DNA of 64,000 bases from Candidatus Obscuribacterales bacterium. Its GTDB lineage: Bacteria > Cyanobacteriota > Vampirovibrionia > Obscuribacterales > Obscuribacteraceae. The notes under the pieces are model-generated. The model made no database searches. It was not told the origin of the DNA and saw only the letters and a list, made by a program, of their open reading frames with translations. Each line of letters opens with the position of its first letter. Position 1 is the stretch's first letter. The stretch covers positions 1,184,001 through 1,248,000 of the forward strand of contig CBDDIJ010000003.1 of NCBI GenBank assembly GCA_965228855.1. The letters are read 5' to 3'. Below are positions 35,080-45,963 of the stretch, piece after piece. The translations under genes and the position numbers were made by a program.

Positions 35080-36354
35080 ATGACCTCCAACAACCCTCAG
35101 GACGAAAACAGGCAGCTGAATTACTCTGACCACCTCAGGCGAGTCAGGCAAGTAAAGCGAACTCTGGATGTGGCAACGCCGAACGTTGACACTGTTCACT
35201 CAGCTGATGGTGCCGCCGTACCTCGGTTTTTAAAGCAACAGGAGTCAGCGACCGAAACTTATGGAGCTGACGCGAATCTTGCACGGGAGAGTTCTATCGA
35301 TCCCAAGAAAATGAAGCCAGTAGGGCGCGATCACATTTCTCACGAGTCACTGAGGGACCAAGCCGTCTCGCGGAAGACGAGACGTCCAGCAGAAGACGTT
35401 GACATTGCTAAAGCACTTCTGAACGCAGAAACGCCGGCCGGTCATCCAGCAGAGTCGATACAGCAGCCACAATTCCACCCTCAAGATATATCTCCGGATT
35501 CAGCTAAGCCGCCGACGTCGACCAGTTCAGCGGTCCAACCAGGGGTTGATCAGCCGATGGCCGAAGCTGCTTCCCAAAAGCCGCCACAAACTCCGCCATC
35601 TTCGTCTGTCTGGACTGAGCCGGTTGAGCAAGATGCTTTCCGACGGGGCAGCTCAAGGCAGTTTGTCGCAAAAACGCTCATGGATCACAATGCCATTTTG
35701 AAGGCGCAGGCGTTGCGACAGAAAGCCCGAATAGAGAAGGAGATTGCAGAAAGGCAGAAGCAGCCGGTAAAACTGGTGGAGCCGATCAAGGCGCAGAAGG
35801 AAGTTCGCTCCTGCCCCTTTTCGTGGTCGGAAGACGTTTCTGGTGAGCGGTTTAGGTATTGCAGCAAATGCCAGGCTCCAGTCTATAACCTGGATGGGCT
35901 AGATTTTGCCGAGGCCGAAAAACTGATTTTCAAAAGAGAGAATCGCAAGAAGTTTGCGATCTTCAAAAGACCAGACGGCAAGTTCATGACTTCGGATTGT
36001 CCGGTTGAGAAGAGAAAAAGACAGCAGTTTGTCGGATTGATCGCCCTGTCCGTGTGTTTAGTTATCGTCGTTGTTAGTGTTCTGATAATGATGCCTCCCA
36101 GTACCTCGGTTAGTTCCGATAATTTATTCGAAGCTCCTGCACCGGATCCGGTGTCATCAAACTGGTCGGAAGACCCGCCCGTCTCAGGTTCGAAGTCGAC
36201 AGCCACCAAATCTGGTGAGGGGATCCAGCACTACGAAGCTGGCGATGTTTTACCAAAGGAGCCGGCTAGCAGTGGAATCGATACCAGCAAGCCCGCGCCG
36301 AAGGCGGTCACTGAATCCGAGGAGAACGGAGATTTCTGGGAATTCGGACCGTAA
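35080..36354 (+). CDS. Single-pass membrane protein with Cys-rich putative metal-binding module
   Basis: Disordered N-terminus; SCPFSW...RYCSKCQAPVYNL...RPDGKFMTSDCP followed by TM helix. Confidence 0.72.
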   Translation: MTSNNPQDENRQLNYSDHLRRVRQVKRTLDVATPNVDTVHSADGAAVPRFLKQQESATETYGADANLARESSIDPKKMKPVGRDHISHESLRDQAVSRKTRRPAEDVDIAKALLNAETPAGHPAESIQQPQFHPQDISPDSAKPPTSTSSAVQPGVDQPMAEAASQKPPQTPPSSSVWTEPVEQDAFRRGSSRQFVAKTLMDHNAILKAQALRQKARIEKEIAERQKQPVKLVEPIKAQKEVRSCPFSWSEDVSGERFRYCSKCQAPVYNLDGLDFAEAEKLIFKRENRKKFAIFKRPDGKFMTSDCPVEKRKRQQFVGLIALSVCLVIVVVSVLIMMPPSTSVSSDNLFEAPAPDPVSSNWSEDPPVSGSKSTATKSGEGIQHYEAGDVLPKEPASSGIDTSKPAPKAVTESEENGDFWEFGP

Positions 36355-36373
36355 CCGCGTCGACGTACCCGAC

Positions 36374-37939
36374 CTACCTGGCGTGAGCTGCATCTTCACG
36401 TTCTGATCGAACTCGAAGCTGTTTTTCATCCAGAGATCTTCGATAATCTTCAATGACCTCGCTCGATATATGACCTCTATTAGAGAGCTCGTTCAACCGA
36501 TCCTTTTGAGCCATGACCAGCTCGCTGTCAACTTGCAGGCGTTCTAAAACGGTTGCAGAATCGGGCTCTGCATAGGCAAGTTGCAGGAGTTGTTCCGTCT
36601 CCTCTTTTTTGTCTCGAAGTTTTTCGATTTCTTTGCGATGGTGTTTTCTCTCCATCTTGTTTTGTCTAACAAGCGAATCAATGCGCTTCTTTTCATTATC
36701 GAGTCGGGACAGTTGCAGTTCCAATTGTGCGGTCTTCGAAGTTCTAACGGGGATAACTTTCAGCAATTTCACTAATGGTTCCACTGTTAATCCTGGAACG
36801 AGCAAGGTGAAGAGCGCCACACCAAATGTGGTGACGATCACCGCCTCGCGCTGCGGAAAGTCCATGGGCAAGCTTAATGCCATTGCCATGCAGAGCGAGC
36901 CTCTCAGCCCTCCCCAGAGAAGAAGCGCTCGCCACTTCATCGGTATGGGTTGTTGTTTGCTCGATACTAGCGGGCTAAGACCATAGATTACGACAAATCG
37001 TGCAATCAGAATTGCCACGACTCCGGCCAGAATTGATGGAGAATATTTGATCAGTAAGTCGAACTTGATCTGCATGCCAATGAGGAGAAATACCAGCGAT
37101 TCTGCGATGAACGCTGCATACTCCCAGAATGAGTCGACCAGGAGCCTCGTTGATGCGGACATCCTCTGTCTGCTGCCGAAGTTTCCCATGACGATACCGG
37201 AGGTGAGTACTGCTATCACTGCAGATACGTGCAGGTGCTCGGCGCAAATATAGGAGCCGTAAGCAACTAACACCGTAAGAGTGGTCTCGAGCAGATGGTC
37301 ATCAAAATAACGCGTTGCTTTTGACGCCAGAAATCCTGCCGCTGCGCCAACGGCAATGCCACCGCATGTGATGCTGACGAAATCCACCGCTATTGTTGTC
37401 CATGAAAAATCCCCACCCGCAAGAATCGCGGCTAGAAAAATTCTAAAGAGGGCAACTGCGGTGCCGTCGTTCAAAAGGCTTTCGCCTTCCAGTATAGTGT
37501 GCAGCCGTCTGTTTACGTTCAAGCTTTTGAATAATGCTAAAACGGAGATTGGGTCGGTTGCGGAGATCATTGAGCCGAACAGAAGCGCTATCTTCAGATC
37601 AAAGCTGGTCAATGCATGCAGCACGAGTCCAACAGTCACTGTGGACACCATGACACCGACTGTCGCGAAGGCTGTCACGGGCTTCCAGCATTTCTTCAAA
37701 GTTTCGAAGTGCAGGTTCCATGATGCTTCGAAGAGCAGGACTGGCAGGAATATAAGTAAGATCAATTCAGGAGTCATGGCTACGACCGGCAGCCAATGAA
37801 AAACGCCGATGAGTAATCCCACTATCACGAGAGCGATCGAGTAGGGCAGTTTGACCCACTTAGTCACGACTGCCACGCCTGATGCGAGAAGCAACATCGA
37901 GAAGAGTACATACAGATTGAGATTTTCACCGTGATTCAT
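36374..37939 (-). CDS. Na+/H+ antiporter, CPA1 (NhaP) family
   Basis: LPVLLFEA, SATDPISV, EGESLLNDG, WGGLRG; GAGGAG RBS before ATG 37939. Confidence 0.93.
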   Translation of the reverse strand: MNHGENLNLYVLFSMLLLASGVAVVTKWVKLPYSIALVIVGLLIGVFHWLPVVAMTPELILLIFLPVLLFEASWNLHFETLKKCWKPVTAFATVGVMVSTVTVGLVLHALTSFDLKIALLFGSMISATDPISVLALFKSLNVNRRLHTILEGESLLNDGTAVALFRIFLAAILAGGDFSWTTIAVDFVSITCGGIAVGAAAGFLASKATRYFDDHLLETTLTVLVAYGSYICAEHLHVSAVIAVLTSGIVMGNFGSRQRMSASTRLLVDSFWEYAAFIAESLVFLLIGMQIKFDLLIKYSPSILAGVVAILIARFVVIYGLSPLVSSKQQPIPMKWRALLLWGGLRGSLCMAMALSLPMDFPQREAVIVTTFGVALFTLLVPGLTVEPLVKLLKVIPVRTSKTAQLELQLSRLDNEKKRIDSLVRQNKMERKHHRKEIEKLRDKKEETEQLLQLAYAEPDSATVLERLQVDSELVMAQKDRLNELSNRGHISSEVIEDYRRSLDEKQLRVRSEREDAAHAR

Positions 37940-38323
37940 TGGAACTCCTCGGTGCCTATGCACGACAGAACATAGCAAGCGTGTACAACGGAAGTGCGCG
38001 CCATACAGTAATCAGTTTGTAATTTCGCTTGATTCCTCATCCAGCATTTAACCGCGATGGCTCTGCACATCGCGGTTCTAAGCGTGACTCTCGGTCTTCA
38101 AGCTGATAGGTTACCGCGGCTAACGGGCTCTTATACCTGAGCAAATCAAACCGTGTTAACCTTTCGATTATTACGGAAAGATTCTTTCAATAGCCGTTCT
38201 AAACCGAAATTCTTCAGGATTTCGCCGGCGGTTCGTGAAGCAAGTTATGTATGGTAATTGGTCGCGGAGGTGTCGTAATTCGCGTTTGATACCGCCGGTA
38301 GTGACCAATTGGAGCTAGCGATT

Positions 38324-38352
38324 TTGCGCATAATGTACTTTCGTGATATAAT
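38324..38352 (+). promoter_or_regulatory. sigma70-type promoter
   Basis: TTGCGC-N17-TATAAT with extended TG; ~200 nt upstream of 38557. Confidence 0.65.
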
Positions 38353-38556
38353 TGTACTGAAGGCAAGGTAAGAGGAAGCGCTCCGCAAGCTGATGGCGGG
38401 GGACCATCTGCATTTGGAGGTGTGCTGCAAGTATATAGTGATGAAATAGAGCGGGCACTACCAGTGGTGCAATGAAGGCTGACGGACATCGTAGTCGCCT
38501 TTTGAAGGACCGACTCACCTGCGCGAACCGCGTGGGGTGCTCGAAAGGAGGGGAGA

Positions 38557-38961
38557 ATGAAAGATTTTAAGATGTTGCGTTATGTGCTCGCTGGGAGTAC
38601 TGCTCGGCGAGTGCGCAGCTTATACCGTTTGGCCAGAAACAGAAGGGTTCAGCTCCGAGTAAGAGTAGCAGAGAACACGTCATGCCCGATTAGTCTGCTT
38701 GCCATTCTTTCGAACGACGCCAATGCGGAAGTTAGAATGGCTGTTGCGTTAAACTCCAGCTGCACAGACGATCTGCGTCAACTGCTATCAAAAGACGCAA
38801 ATCCTGATGTGCGTTTTCGCATCGCCTCTGCTGGTTATATGCCTATGAAAGTACTTCTGGAGTTGGCTGACGATGAAAATCCATACGTGCAGGCGCGAGC
38901 CGTTCAAACACTAAATAGAGTTGCACAGCAAGGAGTGCTGCGACATCAACGGGTCAGCTGA
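38557..38961 (+). CDS. Leucine-rich-variant (LRV)/HEAT-like repeat protein
   Basis: Repeats LSNDANAEVRMAVALN, LSKDANPDVRFRIAS, LADDENPYVQARA; AAGGAGG RBS. Confidence 0.8.
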   Translation: MKDFKMLRYVLAGSTARRVRSLYRLARNRRVQLRVRVAENTSCPISLLAILSNDANAEVRMAVALNSSCTDDLRQLLSKDANPDVRFRIASAGYMPMKVLLELADDENPYVQARAVQTLNRVAQQGVLRHQRVS

Positions 38962-39135
38962 AAGCTGCTCTCGTTTTAAATTGTCGGTTGCGTTGTTAGG
39001 CAATTTAAAGATGTGTCGAATTCGGTGTGATCTTTTCGTGATCGCACTAATCTTGCACAACTGGTATTTGATTTGTTGCGACAATAGATCTGGTGCCGCT
39101 TGTGGCGAACTTGTGATCGTCAGTTTTATGAAATT

Positions 39136-40779
39136 ATGCCAGTGAAGATTGTCCGTGCATTCTTGTTCTCACTCAGCGTTTGCGTTCATCTCGTAACTCT
39201 TCGATGCGATGTAGCCCTTGCTCAATCTTCAGTGAAGGATCAATCAACTGGACGCTCGACGTCAAGCGATTCGTCCTCGTCTATTTCTCCGGAGGCTGTT
39301 TCTCCGCAAATGACTTCGGACAGTTCTCCTGCCGAACCTGAACCATACGGTGATGCTCCGGCTCTTCGTGGTGTAGATCAAAACTATTCGCCAATAATTC
39401 TTAAAAACCGCATACAGCAAAGTGTGTTTGATAAACCATTCACTCTGGAAGGCGCCGTCAGATACGCCGATGAAAACTATCCATCCATTCTCAAGAGTCG
39501 CGCCCAATCAGAAGCAGCTAAGTCTGACATTAAGGTGCAGAAGCTCAATGAATACATGCCGGACTCGCTCTTTCAGTATCAGGACATCATGGCAAGCCAC
39601 AACAAACTGGCGGAAGTATTCTATGGTAGTCCAGTTTTCCCGGCTGTCTCCGGACCTGGAACCAACAAGATCAGCATGGCACCGGTCTTTTACAGCGGTG
39701 GCGGTTTCAGTCTTGATTGGGCGCCGCTTGATTTCGGATTGCATAAATCGCGAATTAACCTTGTAAAATCTCACTACACAAGAGCCCTTGCACAACAGGA
39801 CTTAACGAGGTTTGATGTCGAAATCGCTACCGCCAGTGCGTTTCTTGATGTCGTCGAGGCGCTTGAACAGGTCCGTGCGGCAGAGGAAAACGTTGCTTCT
39901 TTTTCGCAATTCCGAACCGTTGTGGAGGCGCAAGTAAAGTCAGATTTGAAACCTGGCGCTGATGCGTCTTTAGCCGAGGCGCAACTGGCTAACGCGACTA
40001 ATCAGGTTCTACGCGCACGTCTTAACCGCGAAATATCACTTGCAAATCTTGCCAATGCAATTGGAGCGGGCGGCAGAGAAGTGAACATAAATCCATTTGG
40101 TTTCGTCGCTGAGCATCAGCCTCCCATGCATCTTTTCGTCACGCCGCCGCTATTTGAAAATGTGCCACTATTGCGGGCATCGAGAGCTGCCGTAGATTCG
40201 ACGAAGGCACAACGCAAAGTATTAGATAAAGAGTACTTTCCGGTTTTCCATTTCTTAGGAGGGTTCCAAACGCGCTCTTCCGGTCTTTCTCTCGATGGAA
40301 AACGTAGGCAATCGCAAGGCGGAGCAGGGATCTTTCCCGTAATACCTAACTATCAACTGGCTCTGATCATAAACTGGAACTTCCTTGACTATTTCAGAAT
40401 AAAGGCCGAAAAGAAAGTACAGGACCATCGAATTGTCGCTCAGGAGCAGGACTACAATCAAATTCTGCAAAACTTGCAGACTGAAGATGTGACCTCACGA
40501 GCAAAAATACGCACGGCCATTCAACTGGCTGCTAATATGCCGGTCCAAGTAAAAGCCGCTTCCACCGCAGTGGACCAAGCTCAGGCACGCTATAAGGCCG
40601 GACTTGGCAGCGTTGCTCAGGTTGCAGAGGCGACCCAGGTATTAGCTCAATCGCGAATGCAAGAGGCGATCGCACGAGTTGGAATCTGGCGCGCACTGCT
40701 TTCTGTTTCATCGGTGAGGGGAGATCTGAAACCATTTCTTGCCGAAGCCCGTCGCGCCCAAACAAAGAGTATCCAATGA
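39136..40779 (+). CDS. TolC-family outer membrane efflux protein
   Basis: FTLEGAVRYADENYPSI, DWAPLDFG, QARYKAGLGSVAQVAEA; start uncertain. Confidence 0.85.
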   Translation: MPVKIVRAFLFSLSVCVHLVTLRCDVALAQSSVKDQSTGRSTSSDSSSSISPEAVSPQMTSDSSPAEPEPYGDAPALRGVDQNYSPIILKNRIQQSVFDKPFTLEGAVRYADENYPSILKSRAQSEAAKSDIKVQKLNEYMPDSLFQYQDIMASHNKLAEVFYGSPVFPAVSGPGTNKISMAPVFYSGGGFSLDWAPLDFGLHKSRINLVKSHYTRALAQQDLTRFDVEIATASAFLDVVEALEQVRAAEENVASFSQFRTVVEAQVKSDLKPGADASLAEAQLANATNQVLRARLNREISLANLANAIGAGGREVNINPFGFVAEHQPPMHLFVTPPLFENVPLLRASRAAVDSTKAQRKVLDKEYFPVFHFLGGFQTRSSGLSLDGKRRQSQGGAGIFPVIPNYQLALIINWNFLDYFRIKAEKKVQDHRIVAQEQDYNQILQNLQTEDVTSRAKIRTAIQLAANMPVQVKAASTAVDQAQARYKAGLGSVAQVAEATQVLAQSRMQEAIARVGIWRALLSVSSVRGDLKPFLAEARRAQTKSIQ

Positions 40780-43700
40780 ATCTCATACGGTTAGCTATGA
40801 CTCGTCCGGTCACTATTATCGTGGTGGTCATGGGTGTTGTTCTGTTGTCGGTTCTGGCGATTTCCCGAATGCAGATAGATATTTTCCCTCATTTGAATCT
40901 GCCAAGAATTAGCGTTGTACAGCCGTACGGCGGTATGGATCCTTCTCAAATGGAAGGATACATGGTGACATTTTACGAACAGCATTTCTTCTACATTAGC
41001 GGTGTCGATCACGTGTCTTCTCGTTCGATTCAAGGCGCTGCTGTCATGGATGTCTATTTCCAACCGGACGCGGACATGGCGGATGCGATGTCGCAGGTCG
41101 TCGCTCAGGTCGAGCGTTCTAGAGCATACATGCCACCGGGGACGGTGACTCCCTTCATCCTTAGATTCGACGTCGGTAACGTTCCTGTTGGATATCTTGT
41201 CTTTTCTAGCCCGACTAGAGATCTCGGGCAAATTCAGGATCTGGTTTATGCCCGAATTCGACCGGTGGTTTCAACCATCCCGGGTGCGTCGACGCCACCT
41301 CCGTTTGGCGGAAATCAACGCTCTATTGTACTCACGGTCGATGCGAATCGACTCAATCAATACCACTTGTCTATTGAAGATATCGTTCAAGCTGTCAATG
41401 AAGGCAACGCCATCGAGCCATCAGGGGTGGTGCGAACAGGGGATTTACAGCGCATGTCTTCTGTAAACTCCGTCATCGGCGATATTCGAGGTCTTCTGGA
41501 CATCCCGCTTCGGAAGGGACCGGGCGCAAGTGTTTTTATTCGTGATATTGCCAGCGTTGAGGATACTACTGATATCCTGACCGGTTATGCACTGGTAAAT
41601 GGACGTCGTACTGTCTACATGGCGATATCCAAGCAAGCCAGTGCGTCTACTCTTCAAGTAGTAGATGATGTGAAAAAGAACGTCGCCTATATGCAGACTC
41701 TCTTGCCGGCTGATATCAAAGTTAGTTTCGAATTCGATCAATCTATTTACGTAACTCAATCGTTAAAGGGTTTGTTGGTCGAAGGCGCTATCGGTGCGCT
41801 TTTAACCGGCGGGGTCGTCCTGCTTTTCCTTCGAGATTTCCGAAGTTCGCTCATTGTTGTTTTGAATATCCCCTTCGCGTTATTGGCCGCTGTAGTCGGT
41901 TTGTGGATAAGCGGGCAGACAATCAACATTATGACGCTCAGCGGTTTGTCTCTCGCTGTCGGAATTCTTGTGGACGAAGCCACAGTTACTATCGAAAACA
42001 TTCACGCGCATCTTTTAGAAAACACGCCTCTAAAAGAGGCGATTTGGAATGCTTCTCTAGAAGTAGTGATTCCTAGGTTGCTGGCAATGCTGTCAGTGGT
42101 GTCGGTGTTTCTGCCGTCCTTCTTCATGGTTGGTGTTACGCAATCGCTTTTCGTGCCGTTGTCGCTGGCGGTAGGGTTAGCGATGTTCGCATCATACCTG
42201 TTGTCTGGAACATTCGTGCCGGTTATGTGCGCCTGGATGTTAAAACCGCACACCGCTACTCACGACGATCATGCGAGGCACAAAGAGGGGCTTATGGACA
42301 AAATCCGCCATAAGTATCAACGTGTCTTAATTAGGTTGATGAGACTAAGGCCGCTTGTTCTTACCATATTCGTACTCACTGCACTAAGCGGTATTCTGAT
42401 TTATCCAACACTTGGTCGAGAACTCTTTCCTGAGGGTAATCCCACTAGCTTCCAATTGCGCGTGAAAGCTCCTGCAGGCACTCGTTTTGAAGTCACAGAG
42501 AAAGTCGCCAAACAGATTTTACGAACGATAAGTGACACCGTTGGTGGTGAGAATGTCAAAGTGTCCATAGGTTATGTCGGCACCCAACCGCCGAGCTACG
42601 CCGTTAGTAATGTGTACATGTGGACCTCCGGACCGCAGGAAGCTGTTTTGCTTGTCGACCTGGAGGAAGGCAAATTTAATATGCACGAGTTGAAAGAGAA
42701 ACTTCGAAAACGATTTCGTGAAGAATTACCGGAAATATCAACGACATTCGAGGCTGGAGACATCGTAAATAAGATAATCCAGGTTGGCTCTCCGACACCG
42801 ATTCAAGTTGATATCAGCGGACCGAACTTCGAGGTACTGGAGAAATATGCGCGCAGGCTGCTAACGGCACTTTCGGACGACAAATATCTGCGAGATGTTG
42901 GTATCGTTCAGCCGCTGTCGTATCCAACAATTAACGTTGCGATCGATAGGGTTAGGGCTGGGCAGCTGGATGTGACTGCGCGCGAAGTTGGTCGGGCTTT
43001 GGTAGCTGCGACCTATTCCAGCCGTTTCGTTACGCCCATCTTCTGGCGAGATTCGAAGAGCGGTTTGGCCTATCAGGTTCAAGTTCAAGTGCCGCAAGGT
43101 CAAGTCAAATCTCTGAATGCGGTGGGAAATATACCGATTAAATCGGGAGGTTATGCAGGTCCGTTTTTGCGCGACGTCGCCAACGTCAGCTTTGGTACCA
43201 CTCCTGGTGAATTTGACCACTACAACATGAGCCGAATGATCAGTATTGCTGCAAACATTGGCACCAACGACCTCGGAAAAATCTCTGAAGATGTACAAAA
43301 GAGAATCGACGAGCTAGGAAAACCTCCTCGCGGTGTGAAGGTTTCCATGCGAGGTCAGGTGCCGCTAATGCAGAGCACGTTTACAGCGTTAATGCTTGGT
43401 GTCGTGTTTGCTGTTGTCGCCATTACACTGATGCTGATCGCGTTCTTCCAGTCAGTGAGACTTTCTCTAGTCATTGTCTCCGTGGTGCCAGCCATCCTAT
43501 TTGGTGCTCTCTTCGCGCTTTTCATCACACATACGACGTTGAACATACAATCATTCATGGGGGCAATTATGGCGACGGGTGTGGGAGTCGCCAACTCCAT
43601 TCTCGTCGTGGTTTTCGCTGAGGAACGGCGCGTCGGTGAAAATATATCGACGCGAACCGCGGCGATCAAAGGTGCAGGTGCGCGTTTAAGACCTGTGTTG

Positions 43701-43931
43701 ATGACCAGTATTGCTATGATCGCCGGGATGATTCCGATGGCCCTTGGGATGAGCGAAGGCGGCGACCGAACTTCACCATTGGGACGGGCGGTAATTGGTG
43801 GTCTCCTAGTTTCCACGCCTTCAGTACTACTAATTGTGCCTTTGATTTACTCGATCGTACAACGAAAAGCCAGTCGTAAAGGCGCCTCGGTAATGCCAGA
43901 ACACGCCGGGGAACCAGTAGCGATATCATGA
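40776..43931 (+). CDS. RND efflux permease (AcrB/AcrD/AcrF family)
   Basis: DIFPHLNLP, LAVGILVDEATVTIENI, RLRPVLMTSIAMIAGMIPMALG, PLGRAVIGGL. Confidence 0.93.
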   Translation: MNLIRLAMTRPVTIIVVVMGVVLLSVLAISRMQIDIFPHLNLPRISVVQPYGGMDPSQMEGYMVTFYEQHFFYISGVDHVSSRSIQGAAVMDVYFQPDADMADAMSQVVAQVERSRAYMPPGTVTPFILRFDVGNVPVGYLVFSSPTRDLGQIQDLVYARIRPVVSTIPGASTPPPFGGNQRSIVLTVDANRLNQYHLSIEDIVQAVNEGNAIEPSGVVRTGDLQRMSSVNSVIGDIRGLLDIPLRKGPGASVFIRDIASVEDTTDILTGYALVNGRRTVYMAISKQASASTLQVVDDVKKNVAYMQTLLPADIKVSFEFDQSIYVTQSLKGLLVEGAIGALLTGGVVLLFLRDFRSSLIVVLNIPFALLAAVVGLWISGQTINIMTLSGLSLAVGILVDEATVTIENIHAHLLENTPLKEAIWNASLEVVIPRLLAMLSVVSVFLPSFFMVGVTQSLFVPLSLAVGLAMFASYLLSGTFVPVMCAWMLKPHTATHDDHARHKEGLMDKIRHKYQRVLIRLMRLRPLVLTIFVLTALSGILIYPTLGRELFPEGNPTSFQLRVKAPAGTRFEVTEKVAKQILRTISDTVGGENVKVSIGYVGTQPPSYAVSNVYMWTSGPQEAVLLVDLEEGKFNMHELKEKLRKRFREELPEISTTFEAGDIVNKIIQVGSPTPIQVDISGPNFEVLEKYARRLLTALSDDKYLRDVGIVQPLSYPTINVAIDRVRAGQLDVTAREVGRALVAATYSSRFVTPIFWRDSKSGLAYQVQVQVPQGQVKSLNAVGNIPIKSGGYAGPFLRDVANVSFGTTPGEFDHYNMSRMISIAANIGTNDLGKISEDVQKRIDELGKPPRGVKVSMRGQVPLMQSTFTALMLGVVFAVVAITLMLIAFFQSVRLSLVIVSVVPAILFGALFALFITHTTLNIQSFMGAIMATGVGVANSILVVVFAEERRVGENISTRTAAIKGAGARLRPVLMTSIAMIAGMIPMALGMSEGGDRTSPLGRAVIGGLLVSTPSVLLIVPLIYSIVQRKASRKGASVMPEHAGEPVAIS

Positions 43932-43962
43932 CTGCGACCGTAGATATGAAAAAGGATAAGCG

Positions 43963-45273
43963 ATGACGATTCCGAACAAACCAGCTGTAAATGCCCTGTG
44001 TGCATATTGTATCGCACTACTTCTCACCGCATGTGGTGCAACAAGTCCCGAGAGCAAGCTCGCTAACCATCCGGTACAGAACGGCAAACCAGCCGATGAC
44101 GCTGTTCTTGTTATCACGGCCGAACTCAAGAAATTGAAAAACGAAATCGAGGTGCCGGGCGAATTGCTTGCTTTTCAGGACGTTCCGATTCACGCAAAGG
44201 TTGAAGGATTTATTTCCTGGATCGGTGTTGACCGCGGCTCCTGGGTCAAAAAAGGTCAGAAGATGATCGAAATCTCGTGTCCGGAGCTGATGCAAAAGGT
44301 CGATGAGGCAGATGCGAAATCCAGTGCTGCAGAGTCGGTTGCCCTTCGTGCAAAGTCCGCGCTGCAAACTGAAAAGGCGAAAGTTCAACAAGATCAAGCG
44401 AAGTTCGAAGCGGATGAATTGACTTATAAACGTTTGTTGGAAGCTTCAAAAACTCCTGGAGCAATAGCGCAAAACGAGGTAGATCTCGCCGCGAAGACAG
44501 TCGAAGGCGACAGGGGACGCGTAGCTGCGGGGATAGCTTCTATAAAAGCCGCCGAAGCTGTTGTCGTGGCGGAAGAAAAGAATGTCATGGCAGCTCGGCG
44601 AGTTGTGGACTCTTTGCTCGCGATGCGTTCTTATCTGACCATTCACGCTCCGTTCGATGGCGTAGTCAGTTCGAGGAACGTCCATGAGGGGTCAATAGTT
44701 GCTGTCGATGGTTCTCGAAATGCTACTCCCCTTGTTCGTGTCCAGCAAGTTGATCGGCTGCGTTTGGTCGCTGCAATTCCGGAAGACGCCGTCGGAAACC
44801 TGCACAAAGGCGACAAAATTTCCTTCACCGTACCGGCATATCCTGGAAAGACTTTGTACGGTGTCGTCGCCAGACCTGCCTTCGCTCTGGATCCGGCTAC
44901 GCGCACCATGCCCGTCGAATTGAACGTTGAGAATTCAAAACATGAGTTGGACCCCGGCATGTTTTGCACTGTTCAATGGGTAGTCAGCCGCCCCTATGAG
45001 ACTGTTTTTCTCCCCTCATCAGCGATTGGAACAGACCTCGTTGGCAGTTTCGTCGATAAGGTTAGAGATGGAATACTTAGCAGAGTTCCTGTAAAGAAGG
45101 GTGACTCGATGGGGTCGACTGTCGAGGTGATTGGAGATGTTAAGGCAGGAGATCAGGTTGTCCTGAAGGCCAGCAATGAACTTAAGGACGGAAGTCACAT
45201 TGACTGCAAAATCGCGACGGCTGACCAAACCCAGCAAGCGAATGCTAAGCGAGAGAAAGCGGGAGGCGAATAG
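43963..45273 (+). CDS. RND periplasmic adaptor (MFP), lipoprotein
   Basis: LLTAC lipobox, AKVEGFI...VDRGSWVKKGQ, IHAPFDGVV, LDPATRTMPVE. Confidence 0.9.
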   Translation: MTIPNKPAVNALCAYCIALLLTACGATSPESKLANHPVQNGKPADDAVLVITAELKKLKNEIEVPGELLAFQDVPIHAKVEGFISWIGVDRGSWVKKGQKMIEISCPELMQKVDEADAKSSAAESVALRAKSALQTEKAKVQQDQAKFEADELTYKRLLEASKTPGAIAQNEVDLAAKTVEGDRGRVAAGIASIKAAEAVVVAEEKNVMAARRVVDSLLAMRSYLTIHAPFDGVVSSRNVHEGSIVAVDGSRNATPLVRVQQVDRLRLVAAIPEDAVGNLHKGDKISFTVPAYPGKTLYGVVARPAFALDPATRTMPVELNVENSKHELDPGMFCTVQWVVSRPYETVFLPSSAIGTDLVGSFVDKVRDGILSRVPVKKGDSMGSTVEVIGDVKAGDQVVLKASNELKDGSHIDCKIATADQTQQANAKREKAGGE

Positions 45274-45833
45274 TGAGAGTATTAAAGTGCGTCATCTCTA
45301 CCGCAGTTTTAATTTGCTATCTATTATTAATAGCGGCGTGCGTGTTTGTTGAAAGAGCTCTGGCGCAAAGCCCAGCGGGAAGACTCGGGGATGCGACCCA
45401 AACACCCGGCTTGTCTAAACTAGATCCATATGGAATCAACAGTCCCGGTAGCGGAAGCAATTTTGTCACCCGTCATCAGCGGTTCGGTAGTGATACCGGA
45501 ATTGGTGGCTCATCAATTGGTACCACCTCTCCGACTGCTGACTCAAGACCAGTGGTGCGTCTCGACTCTCATGATAAATCGCCTGCCCTACCCGATAGGT
45601 CACCATTTCAAAAACCGCTGACATTTTCGGAGTCGATGCTATACTCGCCTGCGCTGCGTTCCGCTACTTCGACCAAGCCGATTTTTAACACTGAGACCGA
45701 CTTCCTGACGCCATTGTCTTCCGGCAACCGCTACGAACCGCTGGATGCAAGAAAATTCGATTATTCCGACCTGTCTGGTTCTGTTCGATTCTCCCGTCGT
45801 TACAGACTTTTGAGCCCCTTCTCGCCGTTTTGA
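45273..45833 (+). CDS. Exported low-complexity hypothetical protein
   Basis: Translationally coupled to MFP (TAGTG), signal-like N-terminus, S/P/G-rich. Confidence 0.55.
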   Translation: MRVLKCVISTAVLICYLLLIAACVFVERALAQSPAGRLGDATQTPGLSKLDPYGINSPGSGSNFVTRHQRFGSDTGIGGSSIGTTSPTADSRPVVRLDSHDKSPALPDRSPFQKPLTFSESMLYSPALRSATSTKPIFNTETDFLTPLSSGNRYEPLDARKFDYSDLSGSVRFSRRYRLLSPFSPF

Positions 45834-45963
45834 CCGACCGTTTGGTCTGCCATCTTCAGTGTCACAGAAATTCACAAAGTTTTTTGCGGGTATGCGGTAA
45901 TATAGCGCTCCTCGTTGTTCCAATCGTGAGTGAAACGATTGGAGCCGCGCACTGTAACCGTGC

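Noticed and set aside
37940..38320. Possible Na+/Li+ or fluoride riboswitch upstream of the antiporter
   Set aside because: Only short generic hairpins; no recognisable consensus
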